Shown here piece by piece: positions 44,394-53,139 of a stretch of 64,000 nucleotides of DNA. The stretch spans positions 292 through 64,291 of the forward strand of contig JBAZXC010000005.1 in the NCBI GenBank assembly GCA_041660065.1. The letters run 5' to 3'. The notes beneath the pieces were generated by a model. That model saw nothing but the letters and a program-made list of their open reading frames with translations, had not been told where the DNA came from and made no database searches. Position 1 is the stretch's first letter, and every line of letters begins with the position of its first letter. The DNA is from Parcubacteria group bacterium (GTDB lineage Bacteria > Patescibacteriota > Minisyncoccia > Moranbacterales > GCA-2747515). Both the position numbers and the translations under genes were made by a program.

Positions 44394-45077
44394 ATGGAAA
44401 AAACATGCGGTGTATTATATGCAGTGGCAACGCCAATCGGTAATCTGGGCGATATGACCATGCGTGCGATCGAGACACTAAAGACTGTTGATCTGATCGT
44501 GTGCGAGGATACGCGTGTGACAGTAAAATTGTTGCGTCACTATGAGATCAACACCAAAACGGTTTCATATCATCAACATACAACGGATGACAAAGCACAG
44601 CGCATTATCGATGAGATCATCGAGGGAAAAAATGTTGCTGTCGTGACGGATGCCGGTACACCGGGCATCAGTGATCCGGGCAATAAACTTGTCGCATTGG
44701 CAGTTGAGAACGGTATTCGCGTTGAGCCGATTCCCGGTCCGTCGGCACTTGGCGCGATTGTTTCCGTTGCCGGCATTGATCTGCAGAAATTTCTCTTTTT
44801 GGCATATCCGCCACACAAAAAAGGACGACAAACATTCTTTCATCAGGTGATCGCATCTGATGTGCCGGTAATTTATTATGACAGCGTGCATCGTGTGATC
44901 AAAAATCTCCACCTCCTCCAAGAATTATCAGAAGAAGAACCACACGTGATCGTCGGACGCGAATTGACCAAAATGCATGAAGAGATCGTGCGTGGCGCAG
45001 TGGCGGAAGTGCTGGCGTATTTTGCAGAACATCCGGATAAAGTGCGTGGCGAATTTGTGGTTATTGTGTGCAAATAA
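44394..45077 (+). CDS. rsmI: 16S rRNA (cytidine1402-2'-O)-methyltransferase RsmI
   Basis: 'LYAVATPIGNLGDMTMRAIETLK...DLIVCEDTR' tetrapyrrole-methylase-fold RsmI signature; ATG at 44394 chosen. Confidence 0.8.
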   Translation: MEKTCGVLYAVATPIGNLGDMTMRAIETLKTVDLIVCEDTRVTVKLLRHYEINTKTVSYHQHTTDDKAQRIIDEIIEGKNVAVVTDAGTPGISDPGNKLVALAVENGIRVEPIPGPSALGAIVSVAGIDLQKFLFLAYPPHKKGRQTFFHQVIASDVPVIYYDSVHRVIKNLHLLQELSEEEPHVIVGRELTKMHEEIVRGAVAEVLAYFAEHPDKVRGEFVVIVCK

Positions 45078-45130
45078 GATCAAAGTGTCATTGCGAGTTC
45101 GCCTATGGTGGACGAAGGTAATTTCAGACA

Positions 45131-45238
45131 GCATTATTGAAAGCAAAATGCTGTCATCCTGAACTTGTTTCAGGATCTCACATGTATGGCTTATATAGAT
45201 CTTGAAACAAGTTCAGGATGACATGGAAATTAAATGAG
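45131..45238. repeat. copy 1 of a ~110-bp repeat element with internal 26-bp inverted repeat
   Basis: TGTCATCCTGAACTTGTTTCAGGATC at 45152-45177 and GATCTTGAAACAAGTTCAGGATGACA at 45198-45223 (1 mismatch). The whole element is about 90% identical to the reverse complement of 59133..59250. Confidence 0.65.
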
Positions 45239-45258
45239 CTCATAAAAAATTCAAAAAT

Positions 45259-45295
45259 AAAAAACTCCCTTCGTCAGTCGACGGGGGAGTTTTTG
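45259..45295. terminator. bidirectional intrinsic terminator
   Basis: ACTCCCTTCGTC-agtc-GACGGGGGAGT hairpin flanked by an A tract and a T tract. Confidence 0.5.
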
Positions 45296-45307
45296 AATTT
45301 CAAAAAA

Positions 45308-45643
45308 TTATTTCTTGCGGATAAGCCCAACAACAAGAGAAACGATAAAAAGGAGGATGCCGACAACAAGCAATCCAAACCATGCACCGAGATGTGAAAT
45401 GGATCCGAGCCAGAGCGAAAATCCTGTGAGGACAAATACACCACCGATGATACCGACAAATACGATCGTGAATGTCACAACGGCATTGTGTGTGATGCGA
45501 TTTGCTGTCTCCTCTACGCGTTCAGCGATACGATCTTGTGCGAGCTTGAGAAGCGATCCTGCAAGCTCGGAGATCGCGGACACAACCGGCGAGGAGAGGG
45601 CACTTTCTATTGGTGAGGATTCTTCTTTGTGAGATGGGGTCAT
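45308..45643 (-). CDS. small 2-TM membrane protein (holin-like)
   Basis: 111 aa with an amphipathic N-terminus, two TM helices and a basic C-terminus (RKK), resembling phage-holin-family proteins. Speculative. Confidence 0.35.
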   Translation of the reverse strand: MTPSHKEESSPIESALSSPVVSAISELAGSLLKLAQDRIAERVEETANRITHNAVVTFTIVFVGIIGGVFVLTGFSLWLGSISHLGAWFGLLVVGILLFIVSLVVGLIRKK

Positions 45644-45749
45644 AAATTTTTTCTAAGTGATTACTGTACGTTTACTATACCATGTTTGGCAGGAGAAAAA
45701 AAGAAATCGGCACAGTCAATATAATGATTGTGCCGATCGGACGTTGGTA

Positions 45750-46100
45750 TTAATGAAACACTCCGGAGGGACGTACTTCTGCACGCCGTTCCTCCAGGAG
45801 CTTTGAGAATTGCTCGTCATCATACGCATACTCGGCGGCTTCGCAGAGATACGAGTTAAAACTGAACACGCGCAAGAATCTACAGGCAACTTCCTTTTTG
45901 AGGATCGTCGATCGGATCACAGCTTCCACCACCTTGATGTTTGAGTGATAGTAACTGACGATGTTCCAGATGTCAGTCTCACACAGGCGTTCTGCATGTG
46001 TTGTGATCTGATCGTACATGTCCTTTCCAAGGTTTTTTGAGTTCATTACTGCCTCGATGATGGATTGTGCGTTAGGGGATACGGGAGTTCTAGTAGCCAT
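45750..46100 (-). CDS. hypothetical protein, paralog of 46299..46775
   Basis: Shares 'F(S/R)FN(S/Y)(Y/T)LCE(A/S)A...DD(E/Q)(Q/D)F' with the neighbouring gene. ATG 46100 chosen because of the GGAGGT SD and the consensus promoter. Confidence 0.5.
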   Translation of the reverse strand: MATRTPVSPNAQSIIEAVMNSKNLGKDMYDQITTHAERLCETDIWNIVSYYHSNIKVVEAVIRSTILKKEVACRFLRVFSFNSYLCEAAEYAYDDEQFSKLLEERRAEVRPSGVFH

Positions 46101-46161
46101 TGAAATACCTCCATTCATGGGGTTTATTGTTAAATTTACTTCACTAAAAAACCAACTGACT

Positions 46162-46190
46162 ATTATATCACCAAATTGACAATTTGTCAA
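46162..46190 (-). promoter_or_regulatory. consensus sigma70 promoter TTGACA-17-TATAAT whose -35 lies inside the palindrome TTGACAATTTGTCAA
   Basis: Minus-strand -35 at 46190-46185 and -10 at 46167-46162. Perfect palindrome TTGACAAtTTGTCAA at 46176-46190. Confidence 0.5.
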
Positions 46191-46233
46191 TATTTAGTGA
46201 TAAAAAGTGCCATAAATAAAGGGTTTTTGGCAA

Positions 46234-46277
46234 AATAAAAACCCGATATGCACAAACGCAGTTGTGCGATATCGGGT
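46234..46277 (-). terminator. intrinsic terminator after 46299..46775
   Basis: CCCGATAT...ATATCGGG stem with an inner stem GCACAA/TTGTGC, followed by T tracts on the minus strand. Confidence 0.5.
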
Positions 46278-46298
46278 GTGGAGGTTCTGGGGCAGTTT

Positions 46299-46775
46299 TC
46301 AGGCGGCGAGAGGTAAAGTGGCGTGGCGTTTGTCCATCACTGGAGTTAAAATGGCCGCTATTTTAGGGTCATTGGTAGCCGCGTCGATCAACCAGAGATT
46401 ATCTGTGGACAGATGCATAATGACTCGCGAAAACAAACGTCGAGCATCCGGAGAATTTCTTTTGTGCATGCTCGCAATGAGCCACACAATGAAATCCTGA
46501 TCATCTTTATGGATTTTTGCAGCAGACTCACAGAGTGTGTAGTTAAACCTGAACGTTTGCGAAAGTTCAGCCTGTAGTGTTTCTGCGGTTGCGATGCCCA
46601 TGCTGATCACTTTCGCGATCAAGCGGACATCATCTTTAAAGGTGATAAAAAAATTCTTCAGATCACTCTGAAAGGTTAATCGATCGGCGATCTGACGAAG
46701 TTCAAATTCTGCAGTAGCAAGATGATTGCCACCACCACGCCTGATTGCCTGAGTACGTTGGATCACTTTGTTCAT
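46299..46775 (-). CDS. hypothetical protein, paralog of 45750..46100
   Basis: 158 aa; own promoter TTGACA-17-TAGGAT; SD AGGAGGAGG. Confidence 0.5.
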   Translation of the reverse strand: MNKVIQRTQAIRRGGGNHLATAEFELRQIADRLTFQSDLKNFFITFKDDVRLIAKVISMGIATAETLQAELSQTFRFNYTLCESAAKIHKDDQDFIVWLIASMHKRNSPDARRLFSRVIMHLSTDNLWLIDAATNDPKIAAILTPVMDKRHATLPLAA

Positions 46776-46941
46776 GGGGAGACCTCCTCCTAGGGTTTGT
46801 TGTTGAGGGTAATTGTTAAGGTAAACAGAGTATCCTAGCAGAAAAAGGCGACTTTGTCAACTGCATGCATCATTTTTTCTTGATTTTATAAGGTTTTTCC
46901 TTTATACTTGCTATAGATAATCCTTCTTTTTTATGCATGTT

Positions 46942-48363
46942 ATGACAAAAAATTTTTACATCACGACGACTTTGCCTTATGTTAATGCTGCGCCACATGT
47001 TGGTTTTGCCAGTGAGATCGTGTACGCAGATGCACGTGCACGCTTTGAACGACTCTCAGGCAAGGATGTGGTATTCAATACCGGTACAGATGAACATGGT
47101 AGTAAGATCTGGCAAAAGGCCACAGAAGCAGGAAAGGATCCGCAAACATATGTGGATGAATATGCGACAAAATTTGATGAGCTCAAAAATCTTTTGAATT
47201 TGAGTTACACACATTTCATCCGCACGACAGACGCGCATCACATATCTGCGGCACAGGAAATGTGGCGACGCGTGGATGCCAATGGCTTTATTTACAAAAA
47301 ACAATACAGTGTGAAATATTGCGTCGGCTGTGAATTGGAAAAGACGGATAGTGAGTTGGTGGATGGAGAGTGTCCGCTACACCCTGGGAAAGAATTGGAA
47401 CTTATCGATGAAGAAAACTATTTCTTTAAGTTCAGTGCATTTGGAGAAAAATTGCTTGCACTCTATAAAAACAACCCGGAGTTTGTTATGCCACACAAGA
47501 GACTGAACGAAATCGCATCTTTTGTAGAAGGGGGGTTGCAGGATTTCTCGATCTCGCGACTCAAAGAAAAAATGCCATGGGGTGTTGCGGTGCCGGGCGA
47601 TGACGATCATGTGATGTATGTGTGGTTTGATGCGCTGACAAATTATATCTCCACTATCGGGTGGTTTGATGATGAGAAAAATTTTGAAAAATTCTGGGGT
47701 ACGACTGATGCGCCAAACGCGATTCAAATTGCAGGAAAAGACAATCTGCGCCAGCAAAGCGCAATGTGGCAAGCGATGCTTATGGCGGCAGAATTGCCAA
47801 CAAGCAAACAAATATTTATCAATGGGTTTATCGGTGTGGACGGACAAAAGATGAGCAAATCATTGGGCAATGTGATTGCACCAAAAGAAATGGTAGAAAA
47901 ATACGGGGTAGACGGTACACGCTATCTCCTCCTCACCAAGAGCAACTTCGGCGAGGACAGGGACATTTCATGGGACAAAATGACGGCAAAATATAATGCT
48001 GATCTGGCAAACGGTCTGGGCAATCTCACGGCGCGCATCATCACGCTTGCAGGAGATTTGCAGTATGATGCAGAAAAGATCGAGCACATCGACCTCGCGG
48101 AAGATGTGAATGCAATGCAGATGAATCACGCATTGGAAAAAGTGTGGGAAAGGGTAACACGTGCCAACAAATTCATCGAGGACAACAAACCATGGGAATT
48201 GCGCAAAAACGATGAAGCAAAATTTACCGAAGTGATGGTCACACTATTGCAAGACCTGCATACGATCGCAGTTGCACTGCAACCATTTATGCCGGAATCA
48301 TCAGAAAAGATCGTGAGCGCGCTCAAAACCCGCGAACGCGTAATCCTTTTTGGAAGGATATAA
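46942..48363 (+). CDS. metG: methionine--tRNA ligase (short form)
   Basis: 'TTTLPYVNAAPHVGFA' (HIGH region), 'KMSKSLGN' (KMSKS motif) and a zinc knuckle 'CVGCEL...GECPLH'. Confidence 0.9.
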   Translation: MTKNFYITTTLPYVNAAPHVGFASEIVYADARARFERLSGKDVVFNTGTDEHGSKIWQKATEAGKDPQTYVDEYATKFDELKNLLNLSYTHFIRTTDAHHISAAQEMWRRVDANGFIYKKQYSVKYCVGCELEKTDSELVDGECPLHPGKELELIDEENYFFKFSAFGEKLLALYKNNPEFVMPHKRLNEIASFVEGGLQDFSISRLKEKMPWGVAVPGDDDHVMYVWFDALTNYISTIGWFDDEKNFEKFWGTTDAPNAIQIAGKDNLRQQSAMWQAMLMAAELPTSKQIFINGFIGVDGQKMSKSLGNVIAPKEMVEKYGVDGTRYLLLTKSNFGEDRDISWDKMTAKYNADLANGLGNLTARIITLAGDLQYDAEKIEHIDLAEDVNAMQMNHALEKVWERVTRANKFIEDNKPWELRKNDEAKFTEVMVTLLQDLHTIAVALQPFMPESSEKIVSALKTRERVILFGRI

Positions 48364-48376
48364 AATCAATTATGCA

Positions 48377-48400
48377 GGAGCAGATTTATAATCTGTTTCT
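48377..48400 (+). terminator. degenerate member of the GGAGCAG hairpin family after metG
   Basis: GGAGCAGATT-tata-AATCTGTTTC is an imperfect stem with no clean U tract. Confidence 0.25.
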
Positions 48401-48408
48401 GTATCAGA

Positions 48409-49041
48409 TCACAAGTTCTTTGATGTTAAAATATCCTTGGCTTGTGTGAGTCTATCCTCGAAGTTGTCCTCAGTATTTATACACATGAGTCCATGTTTTT
48501 TCGCTTCCTCACTAAAATATTTCCCATATACAATCAATGATTTCGCAGCAAACTTGATTGTTTCCTCATTTTTGGTATTACCCATCAACCAATCGTGATA
48601 CTGGCTGGTATTTTGATATAATCCTTTGAGAATCTCTTCTTTATGTATTTTAACTAAATACATAATTTTAATGTTTGTATTATCTTTGTATTTTTTTACC
48701 AAATGTGGTAGTAGGTGAGTGCCTTCGATAATATAATCCATTTTGCATAACAAGAGATGGTCAATTAGAGATTCCACACCTGGCCACACAGACGTGATCT
48801 CTGTCATGTCAGCGTCAAAGATCTCTTGATCTGTGTAATTTCTAAAAAAATCATCAATCTTATCGGCGTTGAACATTTTCATAAAGGGAAATTTTTTTTC
48901 TCGCTCGTCAGCTTTAAAATAAGGCATAATAATAGGACGGATATTATCGACGGAAAGATAGGGAATTTTGAGTTTGTCACCTAACTCTCTGGACAGAGTG
49001 CTTTTGCCTGCGCGTGGCGAACCACTGATCAAATAGATCAT
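48409..49041 (-). CDS. P-loop NTPase / small-molecule kinase-like protein
   Basis: 'ISGSPRAGKSTL' Walker A; 210 aa. Confidence 0.5.
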   Translation of the reverse strand: MIYLISGSPRAGKSTLSRELGDKLKIPYLSVDNIRPIIMPYFKADEREKKFPFMKMFNADKIDDFFRNYTDQEIFDADMTEITSVWPGVESLIDHLLLCKMDYIIEGTHLLPHLVKKYKDNTNIKIMYLVKIHKEEILKGLYQNTSQYHDWLMGNTKNEETIKFAAKSLIVYGKYFSEEAKKHGLMCINTEDNFEDRLTQAKDILTSKNL

Positions 49042-49152
49042 AAAATTAATTTATATTTAGTATTTATAATAGTACTCTAAATAAAATATATTCACAAAAA
49101 CCAAAAACAGAAAATCCCCAATGACGATGCAGAGGGGATTTTTGATGAGTGA

Positions 49153-49467
49153 TTATTCAACGTGATCGATAAATGTGATTATGCGTTCATAAATGGACTG
49201 GAGCATTTCCAGCGTAAATAGCGTATCACCTTCTAAAAATTCGCGATTTTCTGCGACAAATGACAATAGTTTTATACCTAATCGTGAAGTGACACACTGA
49301 ACAAGTAATTGTGTCAGTAACTCTATGGGTTGTTCAGCATTCTTTTCTAAATAGCTTTGAGAGAATTGTTTTTGATAGGCGATAAATGTTTGCTTAAGTT
49401 GTTCTTGTTGCAAGGCATCTCGTCTTTCAATTTCCTTCAAAGCATTCATTATTGTGGCAGTGTCCAT
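49153..49467 (-). CDS. hypothetical protein
   Basis: 104-aa helical ORF. Confidence 0.4.
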   Translation of the reverse strand: MDTATIMNALKEIERRDALQQEQLKQTFIAYQKQFSQSYLEKNAEQPIELLTQLLVQCVTSRLGIKLLSFVAENREFLEGDTLFTLEMLQSIYERIITFIDHVE

Positions 49468-49511
49468 GTATTTCTCCTAAAATTTGAGGTTAATATGAGT
49501 AGATGCAGTTT

Positions 49512-49922
49512 TTACCAGCGCTCACCATGGATGTAAGCGCCTTCAGATTCCGGAACCTCCGAAAGTATTTCTGATAGAAACCATCCGGCAATAATTCCTT
49601 TTTCTCCCATGTTGAAATGGCTGTTGTGTAGAATTGTATCAAAAAGGAGTATGTGAAGATGTTTTTCTGATTCAGATATTTGAGCATCCTTCCATTTCCA
49701 CTGTTCGAAAGTGAAAAATATTCCAGAAAAGATCCCTCGCCCACGCGCATGGGATTCCTCACTGAAAATACTTGATACATAGTTAACCCACGGGTTATTG
49801 AATTTTGTAAATTCATCCGGACACAGCTCCTTGTTCACGATAAAACGAACGATTTTTCCATTTAACATTTCTCTGGCAAAACCTTCCACCATAAATTTTT
49901 CTACAGTTTTTTGAGTTGGCAT
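49512..49922 (-). CDS. hypothetical protein
   Basis: 136-aa ORF; the overlapping alternate-frame ORF 49490..49816 is disfavoured. Confidence 0.4.
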   Translation of the reverse strand: MPTQKTVEKFMVEGFAREMLNGKIVRFIVNKELCPDEFTKFNNPWVNYVSSIFSEESHARGRGIFSGIFFTFEQWKWKDAQISESEKHLHILLFDTILHNSHFNMGEKGIIAGWFLSEILSEVPESEGAYIHGERW

Positions 49923-50073
49923 GGCACGATCTCCTTAGTTGGTGGTTTGTTTGGCGCATCTTCATTGTGAAAGAACGATTGACAGTCAAGCATATGGCAC
50001 TATCTGCAATATGTCAATTAAAGTTCAACAAATGTTGACAATATATTGACAACAGTATAGGATGAGGATATAT

Positions 50074-50862
50074 ATGTCAGTCAATCTAACACTCAAAAAA
50101 TTGGGGCTTAATGAAAAAGAAGTGCGAGTATATCTCGCTTTGCTTCGGCGTGGAAAAACTAAACCTGCAGAATTGGCAAAACTGACCAAGCTCAACAGGG
50201 CAACGCTCTATCATATTGCCAAAGGCCTGGTTTCTTCAGGTATCATTGCCGAAGACTTGAGCGGTAAAACTTTGCAATATGTATCTTTGCCGATCAACGA
50301 TCTGAAAAATATTTTAGAATCTGACAAAAGGGCATTAAAAGAGAAAGAGGATTTGGTCAAGCGGGCAGTTGGTGAGCTTCGACTTATTAGTTCAGAAAAA
50401 TCATATCCCGTCCCCAAGATCAGATTTATAGAAGAGAAAGATCTGGAAAAGTTCTTGTTTGATAATTTGGTGAAGTGGCAAAAAAATGTCATTGCATCAG
50501 ACGGTTTTTGGTGGGGTTTTCAAGACCACACGTTTGTTGAAAATTATCCCGCTTGGATCGCGGAGAGTTGGAAAACAAAGGAAAGTCAGCATAAAAATTA
50601 TTTACCGCAAGTGTTTACAAATGATTCGGCTCCTGAGCGGAGATTAAAAGGGAAATACCAGCCAAAAAGACATGTCAAATTTTTGGCGGATACAAATTTT
50701 ACAGCAACCACGTGGGTGTGTGGAAATTATATTGTCATGATCCATACGCGCCACACCCCTTTTTATCTCATTGAAATTCATGATGAAATGATGGCGCTTA
50801 ATATGCGAGAAATATTTCGAAAGTTATGGGAAATTCCGACAAAAGAGGCGAATAAATTATAA
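50074..50862 (+). CDS. TrmB-family transcriptional regulator (paralog of 33170..33925)
   Basis: HTH 'LNEKEVRVYLALLRRGKTKPAELAKLTKLNRATLYHIAKGLVSSGI'; ATG 50074 has the SD AGGATGAGGA. Confidence 0.6.
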   Translation: MSVNLTLKKLGLNEKEVRVYLALLRRGKTKPAELAKLTKLNRATLYHIAKGLVSSGIIAEDLSGKTLQYVSLPINDLKNILESDKRALKEKEDLVKRAVGELRLISSEKSYPVPKIRFIEEKDLEKFLFDNLVKWQKNVIASDGFWWGFQDHTFVENYPAWIAESWKTKESQHKNYLPQVFTNDSAPERRLKGKYQPKRHVKFLADTNFTATTWVCGNYIVMIHTRHTPFYLIEIHDEMMALNMREIFRKLWEIPTKEANKL

Positions 50863-50870
50863 AACAAAAT

Positions 50871-51359
50871 ATGAAATGGATCTATCAAAAAAATGATGTG
50901 CCGGTGCGGGATGCTGGTAAAAAGGTGCGTTATAAAGTGACGCCTGCAGCATATGTGATCCCTGTGTGGCAGGGGAAAATCTTGCTTGCGCGGCGATTTC
51001 AGACAGGGTATGAAGATGGCAATTATAGTCTGGTGGCGGGGCATGTGGAGCGGGGAGAAACGTTTGTACAATGCATTGTGCGGGAAACAAGGGAGGAGAT
51101 CGGGATCATCGTGCAACCAGATGATTTGGAAATGGTGCATACAATGCATAGGAAAATAGGAAAAGATAGTGAGCGTGTGGATCTGTTTTTTGTGACAACG
51201 CGGTGGCAGGGCGAGATCACAAATTGTGAGCCTCATAAATGTGACGATCTTTTGTGGTGTGATGGTGAAAATTTGCCTCAAAACACCATTCCCTATATCG
51301 CGCAAGCGGTTCAAATGATCATCAATGATGTGCCATACAGTGAGCATGGGTGGCGTTGA
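50871..51359 (+). CDS. NUDIX hydrolase
   Basis: Nudix box 'GHVERGETFVQCIVRETREEIGI'. Confidence 0.75.
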   Translation: MKWIYQKNDVPVRDAGKKVRYKVTPAAYVIPVWQGKILLARRFQTGYEDGNYSLVAGHVERGETFVQCIVRETREEIGIIVQPDDLEMVHTMHRKIGKDSERVDLFFVTTRWQGEITNCEPHKCDDLLWCDGENLPQNTIPYIAQAVQMIINDVPYSEHGWR

Positions 51360-51376
51360 GTTTTTTGTGTGATGAA

Positions 51377-51405
51377 TTGACGTAAGGCGTGATTTCTGCT
51401 ATACT
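51377..51405 (+). promoter_or_regulatory. sigma70-type promoter TTGACG-17-TATACT with a ~135-nt leader
   Basis: -35 at 51377-51382 and -10 at 51400-51405. No SD before the ATG at 51542. Confidence 0.45.
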
Positions 51406-51541
51406 TTTTGGACGGTCTTATCAAAGGTGATCCTTGCAAAAAAGGCACTTTTGATCTGACTTTAGTCAGTGCTAGAGAGGCATACTGGCGCAGTAAAGGT
51501 CGACATTAACAATTGCATAAATCGCCTAACGTAAAAACCAT

Positions 51542-51817
51542 ATGGTACTATTTTTTGTTGGGGTTTTGGAGATGATTATTGTCACATTGTGGACCAAAAT
51601 GGTTGTCGAAACCAGAGTGATCGCCAGTGGGGCGGTAACGATGGTAAATATCCTGATCTGGTACTATGTACTACAAAAGATCGTGGATGATATCAGCAAC
51701 TGGCAACTGGTTCTCTTGTATGCCGTGGGGTGTGCTGTGGGAACTGTGATCAGTACATACTATTTCCACATGGACGAGGGAGCCAAAGCTCGCTTGATAG
51801 AACAAAATAATTCGTAA
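51542..51817 (+). CDS. small 3-TM membrane protein
   Basis: 91 aa and hydrophobic; followed by a strong terminator. Confidence 0.4.
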   Translation: MVLFFVGVLEMIIVTLWTKMVVETRVIASGAVTMVNILIWYYVLQKIVDDISNWQLVLLYAVGCAVGTVISTYYFHMDEGAKARLIEQNNS

Positions 51818-51873
51818 TTATAAACAGATGAAAGACGATGTCCCTTTAGGGAAAGCGCAAATCGAAAGAACAT

Positions 51874-51917
51874 AAACCGCTCTTATGAAAGTGATAAAGA
51901 GCGGTTTTTGTTTTTTA
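51874..51917 (+). terminator. intrinsic terminator
   Basis: AAACCGCTCTT...AAGAGCGGTTT hairpin followed by TTTGTTTTTT. Confidence 0.55.
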
Positions 51918-52139
51918 TTTATAGAGGACGTGTGCATTTGTTAGCATCTTTGTTATTTCTACACCATCTACCGGCAACAAAGCGAAAAATTTGTATTGCG
52001 TAGATAAGTCATTAATTTGTAGCTCTGGTTGTGTCGCCTTGCCTATTTTATTGACATAATTTAAAAAATAGTATATTGTATAGAGTCAGTTTTTTAAAAG
52101 GCAAATAATTTAAATCAACCATCCAGAGGAGGATGAATC

Positions 52140-52787
52140 ATGAATATTCTTAAAGATCTAACTAAAGAAGATGCAAACATTCCGGTTTTTCAGATTTCTA
52201 ACTTTAGTTTTTTCCCGCATGTATTTGTGGAATCTTTGCCGTCATGTCCTAATTGTGCAGTTTTCAGCATTAAAGACGATGCCCGGCAAGAGACAACGTA
52301 CATGGCTATCTCTGCTAATGTGCATGTTTCGCCTTTTGGGAATACATGGCGAGAAGTTTTTGATGACTTTCTCGCTTTTGCCAGGGCGAATTCATTATTC
52401 TTGAAGGACTGTATCGGAATGAATTTTTTCAAGAATAGTCCTGAAAATTATACGTCGGAATCAATGGGATCCATCCCAGAATTAAAAGCATATAAAAAAG
52501 GTGGAGAAGTTAATGTCATTCATGAAAAACCTTTTTCAAACGATCGACATCCAGAGCTTGAACCTGGGGAAATGTTTCTTTGCAATACTTCAGAAGAGAG
52601 TTTCATTGCTTTCTTATGGAAAACAAAGAGACGGGGAAAGATAGCATATTCTATCTTTGGTGATTTGGTCAATGATAAAAGGAGGAAAAATGACGAAGAT
52701 CTTTACTATCCCGTTTTCATTCAAATGGCTGAGGTCAAGTGTAGAGGAATAGGTAACCTTAACGGCATGCAGCCTGCTGATTCTTGA
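52140..52787 (+). CDS. hypothetical protein
   Basis: 215 aa; strong SD GAGGAGGATGAATCATG. Confidence 0.45.
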   Translation: MNILKDLTKEDANIPVFQISNFSFFPHVFVESLPSCPNCAVFSIKDDARQETTYMAISANVHVSPFGNTWREVFDDFLAFARANSLFLKDCIGMNFFKNSPENYTSESMGSIPELKAYKKGGEVNVIHEKPFSNDRHPELEPGEMFLCNTSEESFIAFLWKTKRRGKIAYSIFGDLVNDKRRKNDEDLYYPVFIQMAEVKCRGIGNLNGMQPADS

Positions 52788-53087
52788 GTATCTTCTGAAT
52801 TATTCAATAAAATCCTACATACCATATGACGATCCGTTACTTATCGCAGAGCGGGTCGTTTTTTAATTCCTAAAACAAAACTTTTATTCATAAATCCAGT
52901 TCCCATCGTATTAACCAGTCTGCAGGTGAAGTGGAGAAATCTGATAAAAACAATATATTCTTACACTCTTTGATTTTAAGATTTCTCGACTTTTCTCAAG
53001 AAGATAAAGAGGCATATAGTTTTGGTATATTTGTCTATATAATGGGAATTGTGAGATGATGTATTTGAAATATATAATTTAATTCTA

Positions 53088-53121
53088 CTCTCCCGCAGGG
53101 AGAGGGTTGGGGTAAGGGTAA
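53088..53121 (+). repeat. hairpin plus G-tract element, copy 1 (CTCTCCC-gca-GGGAGAGGGTTGGGGTAAGGG)
   Basis: About 85% identical to 53387..53420. Four G tracts follow the hairpin; 19 nt upstream of the DUF1653 ATG. Confidence 0.45.
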
Positions 53122-53139
53122 TTTGATTCCCATAAAAAT

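Noticed and set aside
49490-49816. 108-aa alternate-frame ORF overlapping 49512..49922
   Set aside because: It is in the same orientation and overlaps almost completely. The longer 136-aa frame has the better start context, so only one of the two is retained.
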